From positions 896,001 through 960,000 of the forward strand of contig CAWCRS010000007.1 in NCBI GenBank assembly GCA_963798085.1: a stretch of DNA of 64,000 nt. The letters are read 5' to 3'. The stretch's first letter is position 1. Each line of letters starts with the position of its first letter. Source of the stretch: an uncultured Gemmatimonadales bacterium (GTDB taxonomy: Bacteria > Gemmatimonadota > Gemmatimonadetes > Longimicrobiales > RSA9). Of the stretch, positions 17,907-31,200 are shown piece by piece. The notes beneath the pieces are model-generated. The model ran no database searches. It saw only the letters and a program-made list of their open reading frames with translations, and was not told the DNA's origin. A program made the position numbers and the translations under genes.

Positions 17907-20201
17907 GACACGTCTGGACCGTCGCCCGGCGCGAGATCCGCGGCTACTTCGACCATCCCACGGCGTACATCCTGGTCGTCGCGTTCCTCGCGCTCGGCCT
18001 GTTCCTCACCTTCCGTACCATCTTCGCCCAGCGCATTGCCACGCTGCGCCCGCTGTTCGACCTGCTGCCCTGGCTGTTCGCGGTGTTCGTGCCCGCCATC
18101 ACCATGCGCTCGCTCGCGGAGGAGCGCCGCACCCACACGCTGGAGTGGCTGCTCGCGCATCCGCTCAACGAGACGGAAGTCGTGGCCGGCAAGTTCCTGG
18201 GCGACTGGATCTTCATCCTGTTCGCACTGGCGGCCACACTTCCCACCGCGCTCGGCATCCTGATGGCCTCCGATGCCGATCCGGGCATCATGGTGGCGCA
18301 GTACGTGGGCGCGGCGCTGCTGGGTGCGCAGATGGTGGCCATCGGGCTCTGGTCCTCGAGCGTGACCCGCAACCAGATCACCGCGTTCATCCTGGGCGCC
18401 GGCATCAGTCTGGTCCTCGTGCTCATGGGACTGCCCGTGGTGCAGGTGGGTCTGACACCCGTGTTAGCAGGCGCCGTGGCCCGGCTCTCGGTCATGAATC
18501 ATTTCGATAATGTGGCCAGAGGCGTCATTGATCTGCGCGACGTGATCTACTTCGTGTCCGCGGCGGCGCTCTTCCTCGCGCTCGCGGCCACCGCCGTGAG
18601 CCGGGAGCGCCTGAGCCACACGCGCGGCGCCTGGCGCCGGCAGCGCATGGGCGCCATTGCCATTGCCGCGCTGGTCATCTTCGTCAACCTGCTCGGTGGC
18701 TACATCCGCGGCCGCCTCGACATCACGCGCGATCATCTCTACACCTGGCGCCCGGCAGTCGCAGCATCATGGGCAGGCTCGATGATGTGGTGAACCTGAA
18801 GCTTTTCGTGTCGCGGGAGCTGCCGCCCGAGGTGCAGCTGACGCTGCGCGATGTGCGCGACCTGATCAGCGATCTCGAGCGGGCCAGCAACGGCCGGCTG
18901 CACGTGGAGGAGCTGGACCCCGATCGCGACACGGCCGCGGCCTCACAGGCCAGCGAACTGGGCATCCAGCCGATCGACTTCAACGTGCTGCGCGAGGCGG
19001 AATTCCAGGTGAAGCGCGGCTGGTTCGGCATGGCGCTCAGCTATGCCGACAAACACGAGGTTATACCGGTGGTCGACCACACCGAAGACCTCGAGTACCA
19101 GCTGGTCTCGGATATCGCCAGCATGACCGCCGCACACAAGCCGCGGCTGGCGTTCATCACGGATTCGGCGCCAAGGGGCCGTACGACTACCCCACGTTCC
19201 AGCAGGTGCTGGCCGATCGCTACGACGTGAGGAGCCTTGCGCTGGGCACCGATTCCACGGCCACGCTGAATCACGATTCCACCGATGTCGTGGTGCTGGC
19301 CGCGCCGCAGCAGCCCGTGAGCGAGGCGGCGCAGCAGCAGCTGGAGGCCTTCATGGATGCGGGCGGCTCCGCGCTGCTGCTGGTCGAGACCACGCAGATC
19401 AACCCGCAGTATCCCATTGCGCTGGGCGTGCAGACCGGGCTCGATGGATTCCTGGCCAGACACGGTGTCAAGCTCGAAGCCGGCATGGTCTTCGACATGC
19501 GCTCGCACGCCAACGTGTCCATGGGACGCAGCGGCATATTCAATCTGGTACGCGGCTATCCGCTCTGGCCCATTGTCGTGCCCGCGGAGGAACACACAGT
19601 TACGCGCAATCTGCAGAATCTCAGCCTGGGCTGGAGCGGCGCGCTGCAGATCAGCGACACCACGAACGTGAAGCCGCTCTGGCGCACCACTGATCAAGGC
19701 GGCCTGCGACCCGCGGAAAGCTCGATCGATCCATCGCAGTTCGCCAATGTGATGCCCGACTCAATGCACACGGAGATCGTCGCCGCCGCCATCGACCCGA
19801 CCACGCCGGCGGCCGGAGCGACGAAGCCCGCGGGCACGAGCACAACCGCAGGCGAGGCGCCGCCCGCAACCCACGCGGGCCGCATGGTGGTGGTGGCCGA
19901 CGCGAATTTTCTCGAAGACCAGTTCGTCCAGGCCAATCCGCAGAACCTCATCTTCGCCGCCAACGCGGTGGACTGGCTGGCTCAGGACGACGCACTGATC
20001 CGCATCCGTTCCAAACATTGTGCACCACCCGCGCTCGTCTTCGAATCAGACTTCGGACAGGGCCTGCTCAAGTGGGGCAACCTGGTGGGCATGCCGGCGC
20101 TCATCGTGCTCATCGGCCTGCTGCTGATCACGGGCCGGCGGCGGCGCGCCATGCGCGCGTGGGGTGAGGCTCCCGCGCGCACCTCGCCATCCAGAGCGTA
20201 A
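17903..20201 (+). CDS. Fused GldF-like ABC-2 permease and GldG-like auxiliary domain, two apparent -1 indels near 18745 and 19161
   Basis: Permease motifs (TMRSLAEERR, SSVTRNQI, RGVIDLRD), RLDITRDHLYT running into the GldG-type domain in two further frames, ending ANAVDWLAQDDALIRIRSK plus a TM segment. Confidence 0.8.
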
Positions 20202-20217
20202 CGGGCGGAGAAGGATC

Positions 20218-21163
20218 ATGAGTGAACAGACACTGAAGAAACTCGTCGCACTGCTCGCAGGGTTGATCGTGGTGTACGGGCTGGTGGCATTCCTGGGCCG
20301 CGGCGCGCACCGGCCGAAAGCAGCGGGCGGGCCTTTCGCCCAGGCCATGGCGAAGCTGCACAGCGACACCATTCGACGGCGTGACCATCACCTCGCCCAA
20401 AGGCGAGCGTTTCGAGCTGAATCGGGGCAGCCCCGCCTGGACCGTGAACGGACTGCCCGCGGATTCCACGGCCATGGACCGGCTGCTGCGCGCCGTGCGC
20501 GATGCGACCATCGGCGACATGGCTTCGAGCAGCCAGGCGAACCAGCAGCGCATGGGTGTCTCCAGCGACAGCGCCTGGACGCTCGAGTTCCGGCCGCACA
20601 CCGGGCAGGCCGCAAAACTGCTGTTAGGCAAGGAGGGCGCCAGCTACTCGACGGTCTACGCGCGACTGCCTGACCAGGATGCCACCTGGGTGCTGAGCGG
20701 CGACCTGCGCGCCGCCGCCACGCGCACCCTGGCGGACTGGCGTGACAAGACCATCGTGCGCATTGACACGGCGAAAGTCGCGAAGGTTCGTGTCGACACG
20801 GACAGCGCCCACTACGCGCTGGTGCGGAGCGGCGCCGCCTGGCAGCTGCTGCGCGACAAGGCCGGGCGCGCGGCGGACAGCGTGGCCGCGGACAGTACCG
20901 GAGCACGCAACCTGCTCGGTCAGCTGGCACGCATTGAAGCGTCCGGTTTCGCCCCCGACACCGCGACCTTCACCGGCACGCACCGCACGCTGCTGGTGCT
21001 GGGCACGGCCGGCGATACGCTCGCCGCCATTGATTTCGCCGGCGCGGGCGTGAACTGGATGGCGCGGCGCACCGGCGCCACCACGACATGGCAGGTTCCC
21101 AGCTACCAGCTGGATCAGCTCATGCCGAAGCCCGATCAGCTGGCCGCCAAACCGAAGTCCTGA
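20218..21163 (+). CDS. DUF4340-domain protein, apparent +1 indel near 20373
   Basis: N-terminal TM anchor MSEQTLKKLVALLAGLIVVY; W-x-V-N-G..AD, LLLGKEG...YARLP, WRDKTI; usual position after GldA/F/G. Confidence 0.75.
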
Positions 21164-21452
21164 AGCGAGCGATCCCGCAGCAGGCAAGCCCGTTCCTGAA
21201 AATGAACCGTCCGGCCAGCGCGCCAGCGCCGACCGGACGGTCATCCCCCGGACTGTTTTCAGCTCTCGTGGACGGCACCGCGAAACGCGTGTTGCTGCGC
21301 AGGGGCCAGAGGGAGGAACGCGCCCGCAGCACCGACGCACGAGAGCCACGATCAGAAGCTTTGGTACACCTCCTTGCCTGGTAGCAACGAGTCAGAAACG
21401 GACTGGTTCGGCAAAACTTCCACGGGACATGCTTCCTGGTGTTGCCCGGTCG

Positions 21453-21902
21453 TCAGCGACTGCCGCCTGTCTTGGCTTTGCCGCCGGCCGGCTTGGGTGT
21501 CGGCTTCGGAGCCGGCACGACTGCGCCGGTCATCGCGTTCACCCACACTTCATGGCTCTTCTGGTCCGCGCCGCGGATCCGGAACACATAGACCAGATCG
21601 CCGCCGGACTGCGTGATGCGACGCGAAAGCAGGTGGCCGTTCGGCACCTGTCCCATCGCCGTCTCGGTTGCTGCATCCACCTTCACTGTGGCCTTGGCCT
21701 CGAGTCCCGGCTTCGCCTCGCGCAATGCCGGCGGCTTGTCACTGACCATCGCCTTCTTTGCGGTCGGCTGCTGCGTGGCCGTTTTGGCCGCAGCCGCTGG
21801 TGGAGCCGCCGCCTTCTTGGGTGGTGACTGCTGGGCCTGAATCGCGGTCGCACCGGCGAGCACGAGTGCGGGACCCAGCATGAGGATTCTGCCGATTCTC
21901 AT
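21453..21902 (-). CDS. PepSY-domain secreted protein
   Basis: Signal peptide; AATETAMGQVPNG...LVYVFRI...EVWVNAMTGAVV; GGAGG RBS. Confidence 0.8.
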   Translation of the reverse strand: MRIGRILMLGPALVLAGATAIQAQQSPPKKAAAPPAAAAKTATQQPTAKKAMVSDKPPALREAKPGLEAKATVKVDAATETAMGQVPNGHLLSRRITQSGGDLVYVFRIRGADQKSHEVWVNAMTGAVVPAPKPTPKPAGGKAKTGGSR

Positions 21903-22019
21903 GCGACCTCCTGATTGCATTGCTGTGCCCGGACCGGCAACCGCCGGCGCGGAGGTGCGGCGCGGCAGGCGCCCGCATTTGCCGGGAGCGAAGATGGGTG
22001 GGTGAACCTTGCGGCAGGA

Positions 22020-23300
22020 TTACAGCCGCGGGGCGCTGAAACGGGCGATGGTGCCGCCCTCCGGCACGGGCTGCAGTGTCAGCTCGGCGCGGTGCGCATC
22101 CGCGATCCAGCGTGCAATGGAGAGACCCAGGCCTGCGCCGCCTTTGCGGCCGCGCGTGTGATCGCCGCGGAAGAATCGCTCGAATATGTGGGGCAGAACA
22201 GTGGGATCAATGCCGCTGCCGGTGTCCTGCACCACCACCACCGCGCGCTGCTCCTGCGGATACACATCGACCACGACGCGACCACCGGCCGGCGTGTACT
22301 GGATGGCGTTGTCGATCAGGATCATGACCAGACGGCGCAGCAGCTCGGTGTCGCCCGGCATGGACACTTCCTCATAGCGGCCCAGTTCCAGCTGCACGTT
22401 GCGCGAAAGCGCCAGCGCACCCGCAGCCGCGACGCGGTCCACGACCACGTCGTCGAGATAGAGCTGCTGGCGCAGCACCGGACGCTCGCCCGCATCCGCG
22501 CGCGCGAGGGTGAGCAGATCGTCGGCAATCTGGCCCAGGCCTTCAGCCTCGCGCGCGATGACCGCCAGCGCAGCAGCGTAGGCAGCGGGCTCGCGCTCGC
22601 GCCGCAGCGTCACCTCCGCCTGCGTGCGCAGCAGCGCAATGGGCGTGCGCAGCTCGTGCGCCGCGTCCGCCACGAAGCGGCGCATGCGCTCGAACGAGGC
22701 TTCGACCGGCGCCGTGGACACCCGTGTCAGCTGGTAGCCGCCCGCGCCCACCAGCGCGATGGCGGCCAGGCCCGCGGCCGCGAAGACTTCCAGCACCCGC
22801 CGGTACTGGCGCTCCACTGACTCGGTGTTAGCCGCGGCCAGAGCCACGAAGGGCGGGCCGTCGTTGAGCGCGAAGCGCTGGCCGAAAACGCGCCAGTGCT
22901 GCGTCGCCGTGTCCAGCGTGGTGTCGGCCTCGCTGAACAGTGCGGCCCGCAACGCAGCGTTGCGAATGCCCGGTGTGGCCAGATCCTCCGGCTCCAGCGA
23001 GCGGCCGTACGCATCGAACAGATAGATCGGCCGATCCGGCGTCTCCAGCTCGTCCGTCGCGGCCAGCGCCGCCTGCAACGCGGGCACACCACTCGCCGCG
23101 CGAATGCGCGCCGCCCGCACCACATCGTTCACGCTGTCCTGCAGGAAACGGTCGAGCTCGCTGGAAATGGCGTGCGTGATGGGGAAGAACAGGCTTACGG
23201 CGAGCACCAGCAGGATCACCGAGTAGGTGCCCACGTACCACGCCGTGAGCCGGCGTCGCAGCGGCCGCAGATCGCTCGCCGCCGACATGCGCGCGGTCAC
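22020..23300 (-). CDS. Two-component sensor histidine kinase
   Basis: Two TM segments, H-box ADAAHELRTP, N-box ILIDNAIQY, DTGSGI, FERFFR, GAGLGLSIA. Confidence 0.95.
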   Translation of the reverse strand: MTARMSAASDLRPLRRRLTAWYVGTYSVILLVLAVSLFFPITHAISSELDRFLQDSVNDVVRAARIRAASGVPALQAALAATDELETPDRPIYLFDAYGRSLEPEDLATPGIRNAALRAALFSEADTTLDTATQHWRVFGQRFALNDGPPFVALAAANTESVERQYRRVLEVFAAAGLAAIALVGAGGYQLTRVSTAPVEASFERMRRFVADAAHELRTPIALLRTQAEVTLRREREPAAYAAALAVIAREAEGLGQIADDLLTLARADAGERPVLRQQLYLDDVVVDRVAAAGALALSRNVQLELGRYEEVSMPGDTELLRRLVMILIDNAIQYTPAGGRVVVDVYPQEQRAVVVVQDTGSGIDPTVLPHIFERFFRGDHTRGRKGGAGLGLSIARWIADAHRAELTLQPVPEGGTIARFSAPRL

Positions 23301-23965
23301 ACGCCGAAGCGGTAGCCTGCGCCGCGCACAGTGTGGATCAGCTTGAGCTCGAAGGCGTCGTCCAGCTTGGCGCGCAGCCGGCGCACCAGCACCTCGAGCG
23401 CGTTCGCCAGCGGATCGTGATTGTCGTCCCAGACATACGCGGTGATCGCCTGCCGGCTGACCACGGCGCCCGTATGGCGAACGAAAAACTCGAGCAGCTC
23501 GAATTCCTTGGAGGTCAGCGCAATGTCCTGGCCGGCCCGCCGCACGCTGCGGGATCGCAGATCCATCTCGAGATCGGCGACCTGGTGCGTCTGCGGAACC
23601 AGCGACGGCTGCCGCCGGGCCAGGGCTCGCACACGCGCAAGCAGCTCGCGGAACGCGAACGGCTTGACCACGTAGTCGTCAGCGCCTGCCTCCAGGCCCG
23701 TCACGCGATCGTCCAGGGCATCACGCGCCGTCAGCATCAGGATGGGCACGGCACTGCCCTCCGCACGCAGCGTGCGGCAGATCTCGAAGCCGCTGCCGCC
23801 CGGCAGCATGACATCGAGAATCACGACCGCGTACGTCTCGATCGCGGCCGCCACCCTCGCCTCCTGCACCGTGGATGCGCACACGACCTCAAAATGTTCA
23901 TCCCGGAAGCCGCAACGCAGAACTTCCAGCATGTCCGGGTCGTCTTCAACGATCAGCAGCCGCAT
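23297..23965 (-). CDS. OmpR-family response regulator
   Basis: MRLLIVEDD, ILDVMLPG, LMLTARD, GADDYVVKPF, IHTVRGAGYRF. Confidence 0.95.
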   Translation of the reverse strand: MRLLIVEDDPDMLEVLRCGFRDEHFEVVCASTVQEARVAAAIETYAVVILDVMLPGGSGFEICRTLRAEGSAVPILMLTARDALDDRVTGLEAGADDYVVKPFAFRELLARVRALARRQPSLVPQTHQVADLEMDLRSRSVRRAGQDIALTSKEFELLEFFVRHTGAVVSRQAITAYVWDDNHDPLANALEVLVRRLRAKLDDAFELKLIHTVRGAGYRFGV

Positions 23966-24135
23966 GGCCCGATCACTCAGCAAGGCAGCCTGGCCAGACC
24001 CCGCGCGGTGATAGCGGCCGAGCGGGTCGCGGGTTCCCGCCTCCGGAATCCTGCCCATCCGGGTGGTGGCGCCAGCAGCGCGGCAACGCCATCCTGCACG
24101 CGCGCTGGACCACCCGAACACAAGCCTGCTGACGA

Positions 24136-25189
<1,054 letters not shown>

Positions 25190-25193
<4 letters not shown>

Positions 25194-25990
25194 GCAGCCT
25201 GGCTGTGGCCTCGCCTGTACCGCTGCGCAAGGTCTTCGCGGCACTGCTGCTGCGCGATCTGCGCGTGGCGCAGCGCGAGCTGCCCTACTTCCTGATCCGC
25301 ACCACACTGCAGCCGCTGCTCTTCATCATCGTGTTCGGATTCCTGCTGCCGCGCATGGGCTTCGTGCAGCGCGGCTATGGTGCGGCGCTGCTGCCCGGGA
25401 TTCTGGCCATCAGCCTGGCGTTCTCCAGCGTGCAGAGCGTGGCGCTTCCCATGGTCGCGGACTTCGGCTGGACGCGCGAAATCGAGGACCGCCTGCTCGC
25501 CCCCGTGCCCGTCCACCTCGTCGCCCTCGAGAAAGTCGTTGCCGGCATCCTGCAGGGTGTGGTGGCCGCCGCATTCGTGCTCCCAGTCGCGCGCGTCATC
25601 ATGGGACCCATCGGGGCGCTGACCCTGCGCAACATCGAAATCGTGCTCGCCGTCACACTCGTGGGCGGCGCCACCTTCTCCACACTCGGCCTGCTCATGG
25701 GCACCGCCATCAATCCCCAGCAGATCGGTCTCATGTTCAGTGTCATCGTGGCGCCCATGATCTTCTTCGGCTGCGCCTATTATCCATGGCAGGGACTGCG
25801 CGTGCTTCCGGCACTGCAGTATGCCGTGCTCATCAATCCGCTGGTCTATGTGGCGGAAGGCATGCGCGGCGCGCTGACGCCGGACCTCCCGCACATGAAT
25901 CTCATCGCCGTGATGATGGCGTTGAGCGTGCTGACAGTGCTGTTCTGGGTACTGGGCCTGCGCGCTTTCGTGAAGCGCGCCATCAGCTGA
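25190..25990 (+). CDS. ABC-2 type transporter permease
   Basis: Six TM segments, REIEDRLLAP, INPLVYVAEGMRGAL. Confidence 0.9.
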
Positions 25991-25992
25991 CG

Positions 25993-26457
25993 CTATTTCG
26001 ACTGGCCGGGCGGGCCGGCCCTGCCGCCCGAGCCGCCGCCTTCACTCACGGCGACGCCGGATAGCAGGCCGGCCACCACGAAGCCGCCGGTGGCCAGCAG
26101 GGAACGCCACGCGGAGAAACGCCTCGCCTGCAGATCCTCGATGGCCGCATACGCCACGCGTACGGTGGCGCCGCCGCCCAGGTGCTCGGCGCCCGCACTG
26201 TCCACCACGCTCAGCGCCGAAAGCAGCAGCGTGTCCCGCTCGCTGTCCACGTACTCGCCTTCGATGCGGGCCGCCTCGTTTACCGTGATGTTGCCCAGAC
26301 GCACGGGCTGGGGCCGCGCCAGGATCACGCGCAGGCGAGTGGCCGGAGAGGGGTGCGCCTGGCCGCCCCCCAGCGGGACATAGTGGTAACAGCCTGTCAG
26401 CAGCGCCAGCAGCAGCACGCCGCGGCCCCGCCCCAGCCAGCCATCAGCCCGCAACAT
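25993..26457 (-). CDS. Hypothetical lipoprotein
   Basis: Lipobox LLTGC-YHYVP, C-terminal hydrophobic and Gly-rich tail. Confidence 0.65.
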   Translation of the reverse strand: MLRADGWLGRGRGVLLLALLTGCYHYVPLGGGQAHPSPATRLRVILARPQPVRLGNITVNEAARIEGEYVDSERDTLLLSALSVVDSAGAEHLGGGATVRVAYAAIEDLQARRFSAWRSLLATGGFVVAGLLSGVAVSEGGGSGGRAGPPGQSK

Positions 26458-26872
26458 GCATTCGCCTGCCCGGCGCGGCAGCGGGCGGCCCGTCGCCGGC
26501 GCGGCCCTCAATGCGCAGCAGATTGCTGCGCAGCTGCCAGTAGAGATGATCGCCCGGCCGCAGCGTCAAGGTCTGCAATGTGACCGCGGCCCGCTGCGCG
26601 TTGGCCAGCAGCGAATAGCTGCCGCGGAACTGCGACTGCCGGAACTGCAGCTGGCGTGTGCGCGCCGGCGGCACATCGCCCAGCAGCACGCGCCGGCCAT
26701 CTCCCACAATGTGCACGACAACGGCGGACGCCGGTACCAGGTCATTGCGTACTTCGATCAACACCCAGTCCGCACTGCGGCGCGTGGCGTGTCCAGAGGC
26801 ACAGCCGGCGCACAGCGCTGCGCACAGGATCACACCGACCGGGTACCGGCGCCGCCTGATGACCTGAACCAT
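26444..26872 (-). CDS. Hypothetical lipoprotein
   Basis: Lipobox CAGC-AS, IEVRND...LLGDVPP; start overlaps the SusD stop. Confidence 0.65.
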   Translation of the reverse strand: MVQVIRRRRYPVGVILCAALCAGCASGHATRRSADWVLIEVRNDLVPASAVVVHIVGDGRRVLLGDVPPARTRQLQFRQSQFRGSYSLLANAQRAAVTLQTLTLRPGDHLYWQLRSNLLRIEGRAGDGPPAAAPGRRMHVAG

Positions 26873-28273
26873 CAGCTGCTGGCGCAGGGCTGCGGGTCAT
26901 TGCGGTTGCGCAGCGGCTGATCCGCAGGCTCGGGCACGTTCGGATTGGTCTGCCGCTCGCGCTCGCCGTAGATCAGTCGCCCGGGTATGGCCTTGCCCTG
27001 CCAGGTCGTGAGCGCCGGCATGCAGGTGCGCTTGTAATCGTTCCACACCTCTTCATTGAGGAACAGCGCGATGTACTTCTGCGTCATGATCTCCTGCATC
27101 AGTGCGGCGCCGCTCAGCGCAGCCGGATGATTCAGGGTTACGCCGTTGGCCTGCTCCTGACAGCGGATGCCGGCGTTCAACTCTGTGTTAGCCGTGCCCT
27201 CGTCCCCCATGCGGTAGGCCGCTTCCGCCGCAATGAACGCGTTCTCCGCACAGGTGACCATGGGCGTGGCCCACGTGGGTGAACCCGTGACCGCGGGATT
27301 CAGCAGGGACGCATCATTCAGGTTCTGGCCGGGTGCTGAGCCCACGTAGGCGCCCTCCGCATCGCGCGAGTAGTACATGCCCAGACGCGGATCGCTGCGC
27401 GACTGGAGCAGGCCGATCATGAAGTTGCCCGCTGCCATGTAGCCGGAGCGGTCGTTCATGAACTGGTACCAGAATGTTGGTCTCCGTCTGCGACGTGCCG
27501 TGCACGGTGTGCCAGTTGCCCGCAGGCGAGGTAATGCCCAGGCCTGTTTCCGCCAGCGCCTTCTGCAGGCAGTTGCCGCCGCACGCCGTCTGCGCCTCCG
27601 GCATGCTCGCATCCTGCGCCTCCACCCAGTGCATGTAGAACCGGGCCTTGAGCGTATGCGCCACCGCGATCCAGGGCGCGGCATCGCCGCCGAACACGAG
27701 GTCCAGTGAACCGGGACTCCCCTGGCCCGTGGCCAGCTTCGTGATGGCGTCGTCCAGCAGCGACTGCACGGCGGCGTACACATCCTGCTGCGCATCCAGC
27801 TTCGGCGTCGCGATGGCCGGATCGACTGCCTCCGAATAGGGGATGTCGCCCCAGGTGCTCGCGGTCATGCCCACGAGGTACGCTTCGTAGACCTCGAGGA
27901 TACCGCGCAGCACCGGCGACTGCGCGCTGTCCGCCAGCGACTCCGCGCGCCTGAGATCGACCAGACCCCCACCATTGTAGCGGTTGGTCCACTCGGTGCT
28001 CACGTCCGCTTCCTTCACCACGTACGTGTCGAAGATGGAGAATTGGCGGTCCGTCCCCGCCATCTGCTGCAACCAGATCGCCGCCAGGCGACTGATGTTG
28101 TCTTCGGTGATGAAGAAGCTGTTCACCTGATCGGCGATGAACAGCTGGTTGAGCGATGCGTGCGCCACTTCGTTCGGATTCGAGTCCGTGGGACTCACAT
28201 AGTTGCAGCCGGCGGCAGTCACCAGCAGTGCTGCCAGCTGGGCGGCCGCGCGCGTCATTCGATTCGCTTGCAT
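26872..28273 (-). CDS. SusD/RagB family nutrient-binding outer-membrane lipoprotein, apparent +1 indel near 27473
   Basis: Lipobox AAGC, WGDIPYSEA, PKLDAQQDVY, DLVFGGD..WIAVAHTLKARFY, DPRL, IMTQKYIALF, EVWNDYKRT; follows SusC. Confidence 0.88.
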
Positions 28274-28287
28274 GTCAGCCTCCACCC

Positions 28288-31200
28288 TCACCGGTTGAGT
28301 GTCAGTGTGAGGACGAGCGAGCGGGTCTGCGGATTGTTGAAGTAGTCAATGCCGCGACCAATGCTCTGACCCGTGAGATTGCTCTCCGGATCGATGCCCG
28401 AGTAATTGCTCCACGTGTGCAGGTTGCGACCCGCCACCGTCACATCCATCGAGTTGAAGCCGATGCGCTGGACGACAGGCAGATCGAACGTGTACGCCAG
28501 AGAGATGTCGCGCAGCTTGACGTAGCTGGCGTCCTCCACGAACTGCGAAGCAGGGCCGGTGAAGCCGCTGCCGATATTCGACGTGAACCAGTCCTCGTTG
28601 AACGCCACCTGCTTGCCCGCACCCGGACCGGCTACACTCTGACCCGAGTACGCGGCGTACGTCTCGGTCACACCCGCGCCATGGTAGGGCAGCGTGGATG
28701 CGTGCGTGCCGAAATAGGTGAGCGCGCCCTTCGTGCCGTTCCACATGTCCATGCCGTGCGCCACATCCACCAGGCCGGAAAGCGTGAGCTTGCCGAACAG
28801 GGTGATGGTGTTGCGCAGACTGGCGGTCCACTGCGGATTGGGATCGCCGATCACCCGCGCCTGCGGATCCAGCTGCGGATAGCCATCGGCACCCACGTAG
28901 ATCGTGCCCGGCGAGGCAGTGGCGGTGCCGTCGATCGCCTGGCCCGTGTTCTGGTCCACACTGCCGCGGCCGTAGCGGATGAAGTCACTGCCGAACAGCA
29001 CGCCGAAAGGATGACAGCCTGTCTGCGGATCCGGCGCCACCAGCTCCGCGGCCGGATCCGTGAACCCGTTCAGGAACAGGTTCTCCGCCCCAGCAATATC
29101 GGTGACGCAGCTGCGCTCGCGTGTCCACTGCGCCGAGATGTTCCACGCGAGATTCGGCGAACGCACCGCATCGACATCGAGCTCCGTCTCCAGCCCGTGG
29201 TTCTTCCAGGCCGCAGCGTTCTGGTACTCGGAGAAGTAGCCCGTACTGGAGGGCACCGGCACCTGCAGGATCGCGTCCGTCGTATTGCGGTCGTAGTACG
29301 TGACGGAAACGCCGATGCGCTGGTCGAACAACCCGAGATCAGCGCCCGCTTCCCACTCCCGCTTCCGCTCCGGCTTGATCTGGTCGTTGCCCAGCGTAGG
29401 ATCCGTGAAGACGCCCTCCTTGCCCTGATACAGGCTGTACAGGCCGTTCGTCACCCAGCCATCCACGAACGAGCCGGTATTGAAGGCGGTCACATTGGAG
29501 AAGACCGGCGGCTGACGGCCGCTCACGCCCCAGGAGGCGCGCAGCTTGCCGAAGCTGAGACCGGGAATGTGCTCCAGCGCATGCAGGCGAGTGAAGGTCC
29601 ACGCCAGACCGACGCCCGGATAGAAGAAACGCCGCTGTGTACCGTTGCCGAACACGGATGAGCCGTCCCAGCGCGCCGTGCCGTCCAGCGTGAGCTGATC
29701 GCCCAGCGTAAGCTCGCCGGTGCCGAAGTAGCCGTCCGTGCGCACCCTGGAACGGAATTCGTTCCCGGTATTCGTAACACTGAAGTTAGTCTCGTCCGTG
29801 CCCTGCAGCACGGTCGTGCCGTTGACGCCGTTGCGGCGCAGATTCGTCTCGTTCAGGTTCTGACCCACCGTGAGGCTGCCCACCACGCCATTCATCACGT
29901 TGCCCGTGGCCGTGGCCGAGAGATCGCTGTCGAAGACGTTCTGGATGATGGTGTTGCGGCCAATGGCGCCGGACAGGTACGCATCCGATCCCTTGGGGAA
30001 CAGCTCCACACGGTCGTCGCTCGAGTAGTCGTTGCCGATGACATAGTTGAGCTTGAGCCAGCTCAGCGGCACGTACTCCAGCGCGATGTTGCCGAACGTG
30101 CGACCCACCTTCGATGTGGCCGGCTCCTGGAACGCCACCCAGAACGGATTGTCGTAACCGTGACCCTGCGTGAGCGACGTGGGGTCGGGATTGCGATAGG
30201 TGCGCTGGATGCCCGTCTGCGGATCGAGGTACGGCAGGTTGTTGAAGTCGGGCGGCGTGCGCAGCGCACCCAGCTGGATGCCGCTGATGTTGGAGCCCTG
30301 CTGCACGAACGTGCCGTCACTGCCCGTGTACGCGAAGTTGCCCGTGATCTGCAGATCATCGAACAGGAAATGCGAGGCCTTGAGCCGAACCGTCGTGCGG
30401 TCGTAGCCCTGCGGTCCCTTGATCACGCCGTTCATGCCCAGCCGGCTGCCCGACAGGTAGTACGTCGTGCGCTCGCTGCCGCCACTCATGCTGAGGTTGG
30501 TGTTCCACTGCGAGCCCGTCTGGTAGATCTCGTTGGCGTGATCGAACGTCTGGGTCCCCGTGCCCAGCTGCGGGCCCCAGGAAAAGCTGTTGCCCGACTT
30601 GAACACGCCCTCGTCGCCCTGGCCGAATGCACGCTGCAAAGGCACCGTGCTCGTCACGTCCGTCCAGCCGGCCGTGGTCGTCAGTGAGGCCCGCGTGGCG
30701 CCCGGCCTGCCCGATTTCGTGGTGATCAGAACTACGCCGTTCGCAGCGCGCGAGCCATAGATGGCCGTGGCCGCCGCGCCCTTCAGGATTTCCACCGACT
30801 CGATGTCGTTCGGATTCAGGTCGGCGGCACGGTTGGTGACTACCGTGCCCGCCGTCGCGCCGCCATTGCCGTTGTTGTCCGGCGCGTCCTGCAGGTCGGT
30901 GTTGATGCTGGAGTTCGTGATGGGTGTGCCATCCACCACGATGAGCGGCTGCGTGCCGCCCGTGATCGAGGCGGCGCCGCGGATACGGATGTACGAGCCC
31001 GCACCCGGATCACCGGCCGAGCTCGTGACCTCGACACCCGGCGCCTTGCCCGCCAGCGCCTGCACGACATTCTGCTCCTGGCTGCGCTGAATGTCTTCCG
31101 AGCGCACCGTGCTCACCGCGGATGCCAGCCGCTCGCGCGTGGTCGCCGTGCCCTGACCCGTCGCCACGATCTCACTCAGATGCAGCGGTTCCACCGCGAG

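Noticed and set aside
22003..22027. OmpR-type direct repeat (CTGTAAT-N4-CCGCAAG, minus strand) upstream of the PepSY gene
   Set aside because: Half-sites are too degenerate to support from one instance.
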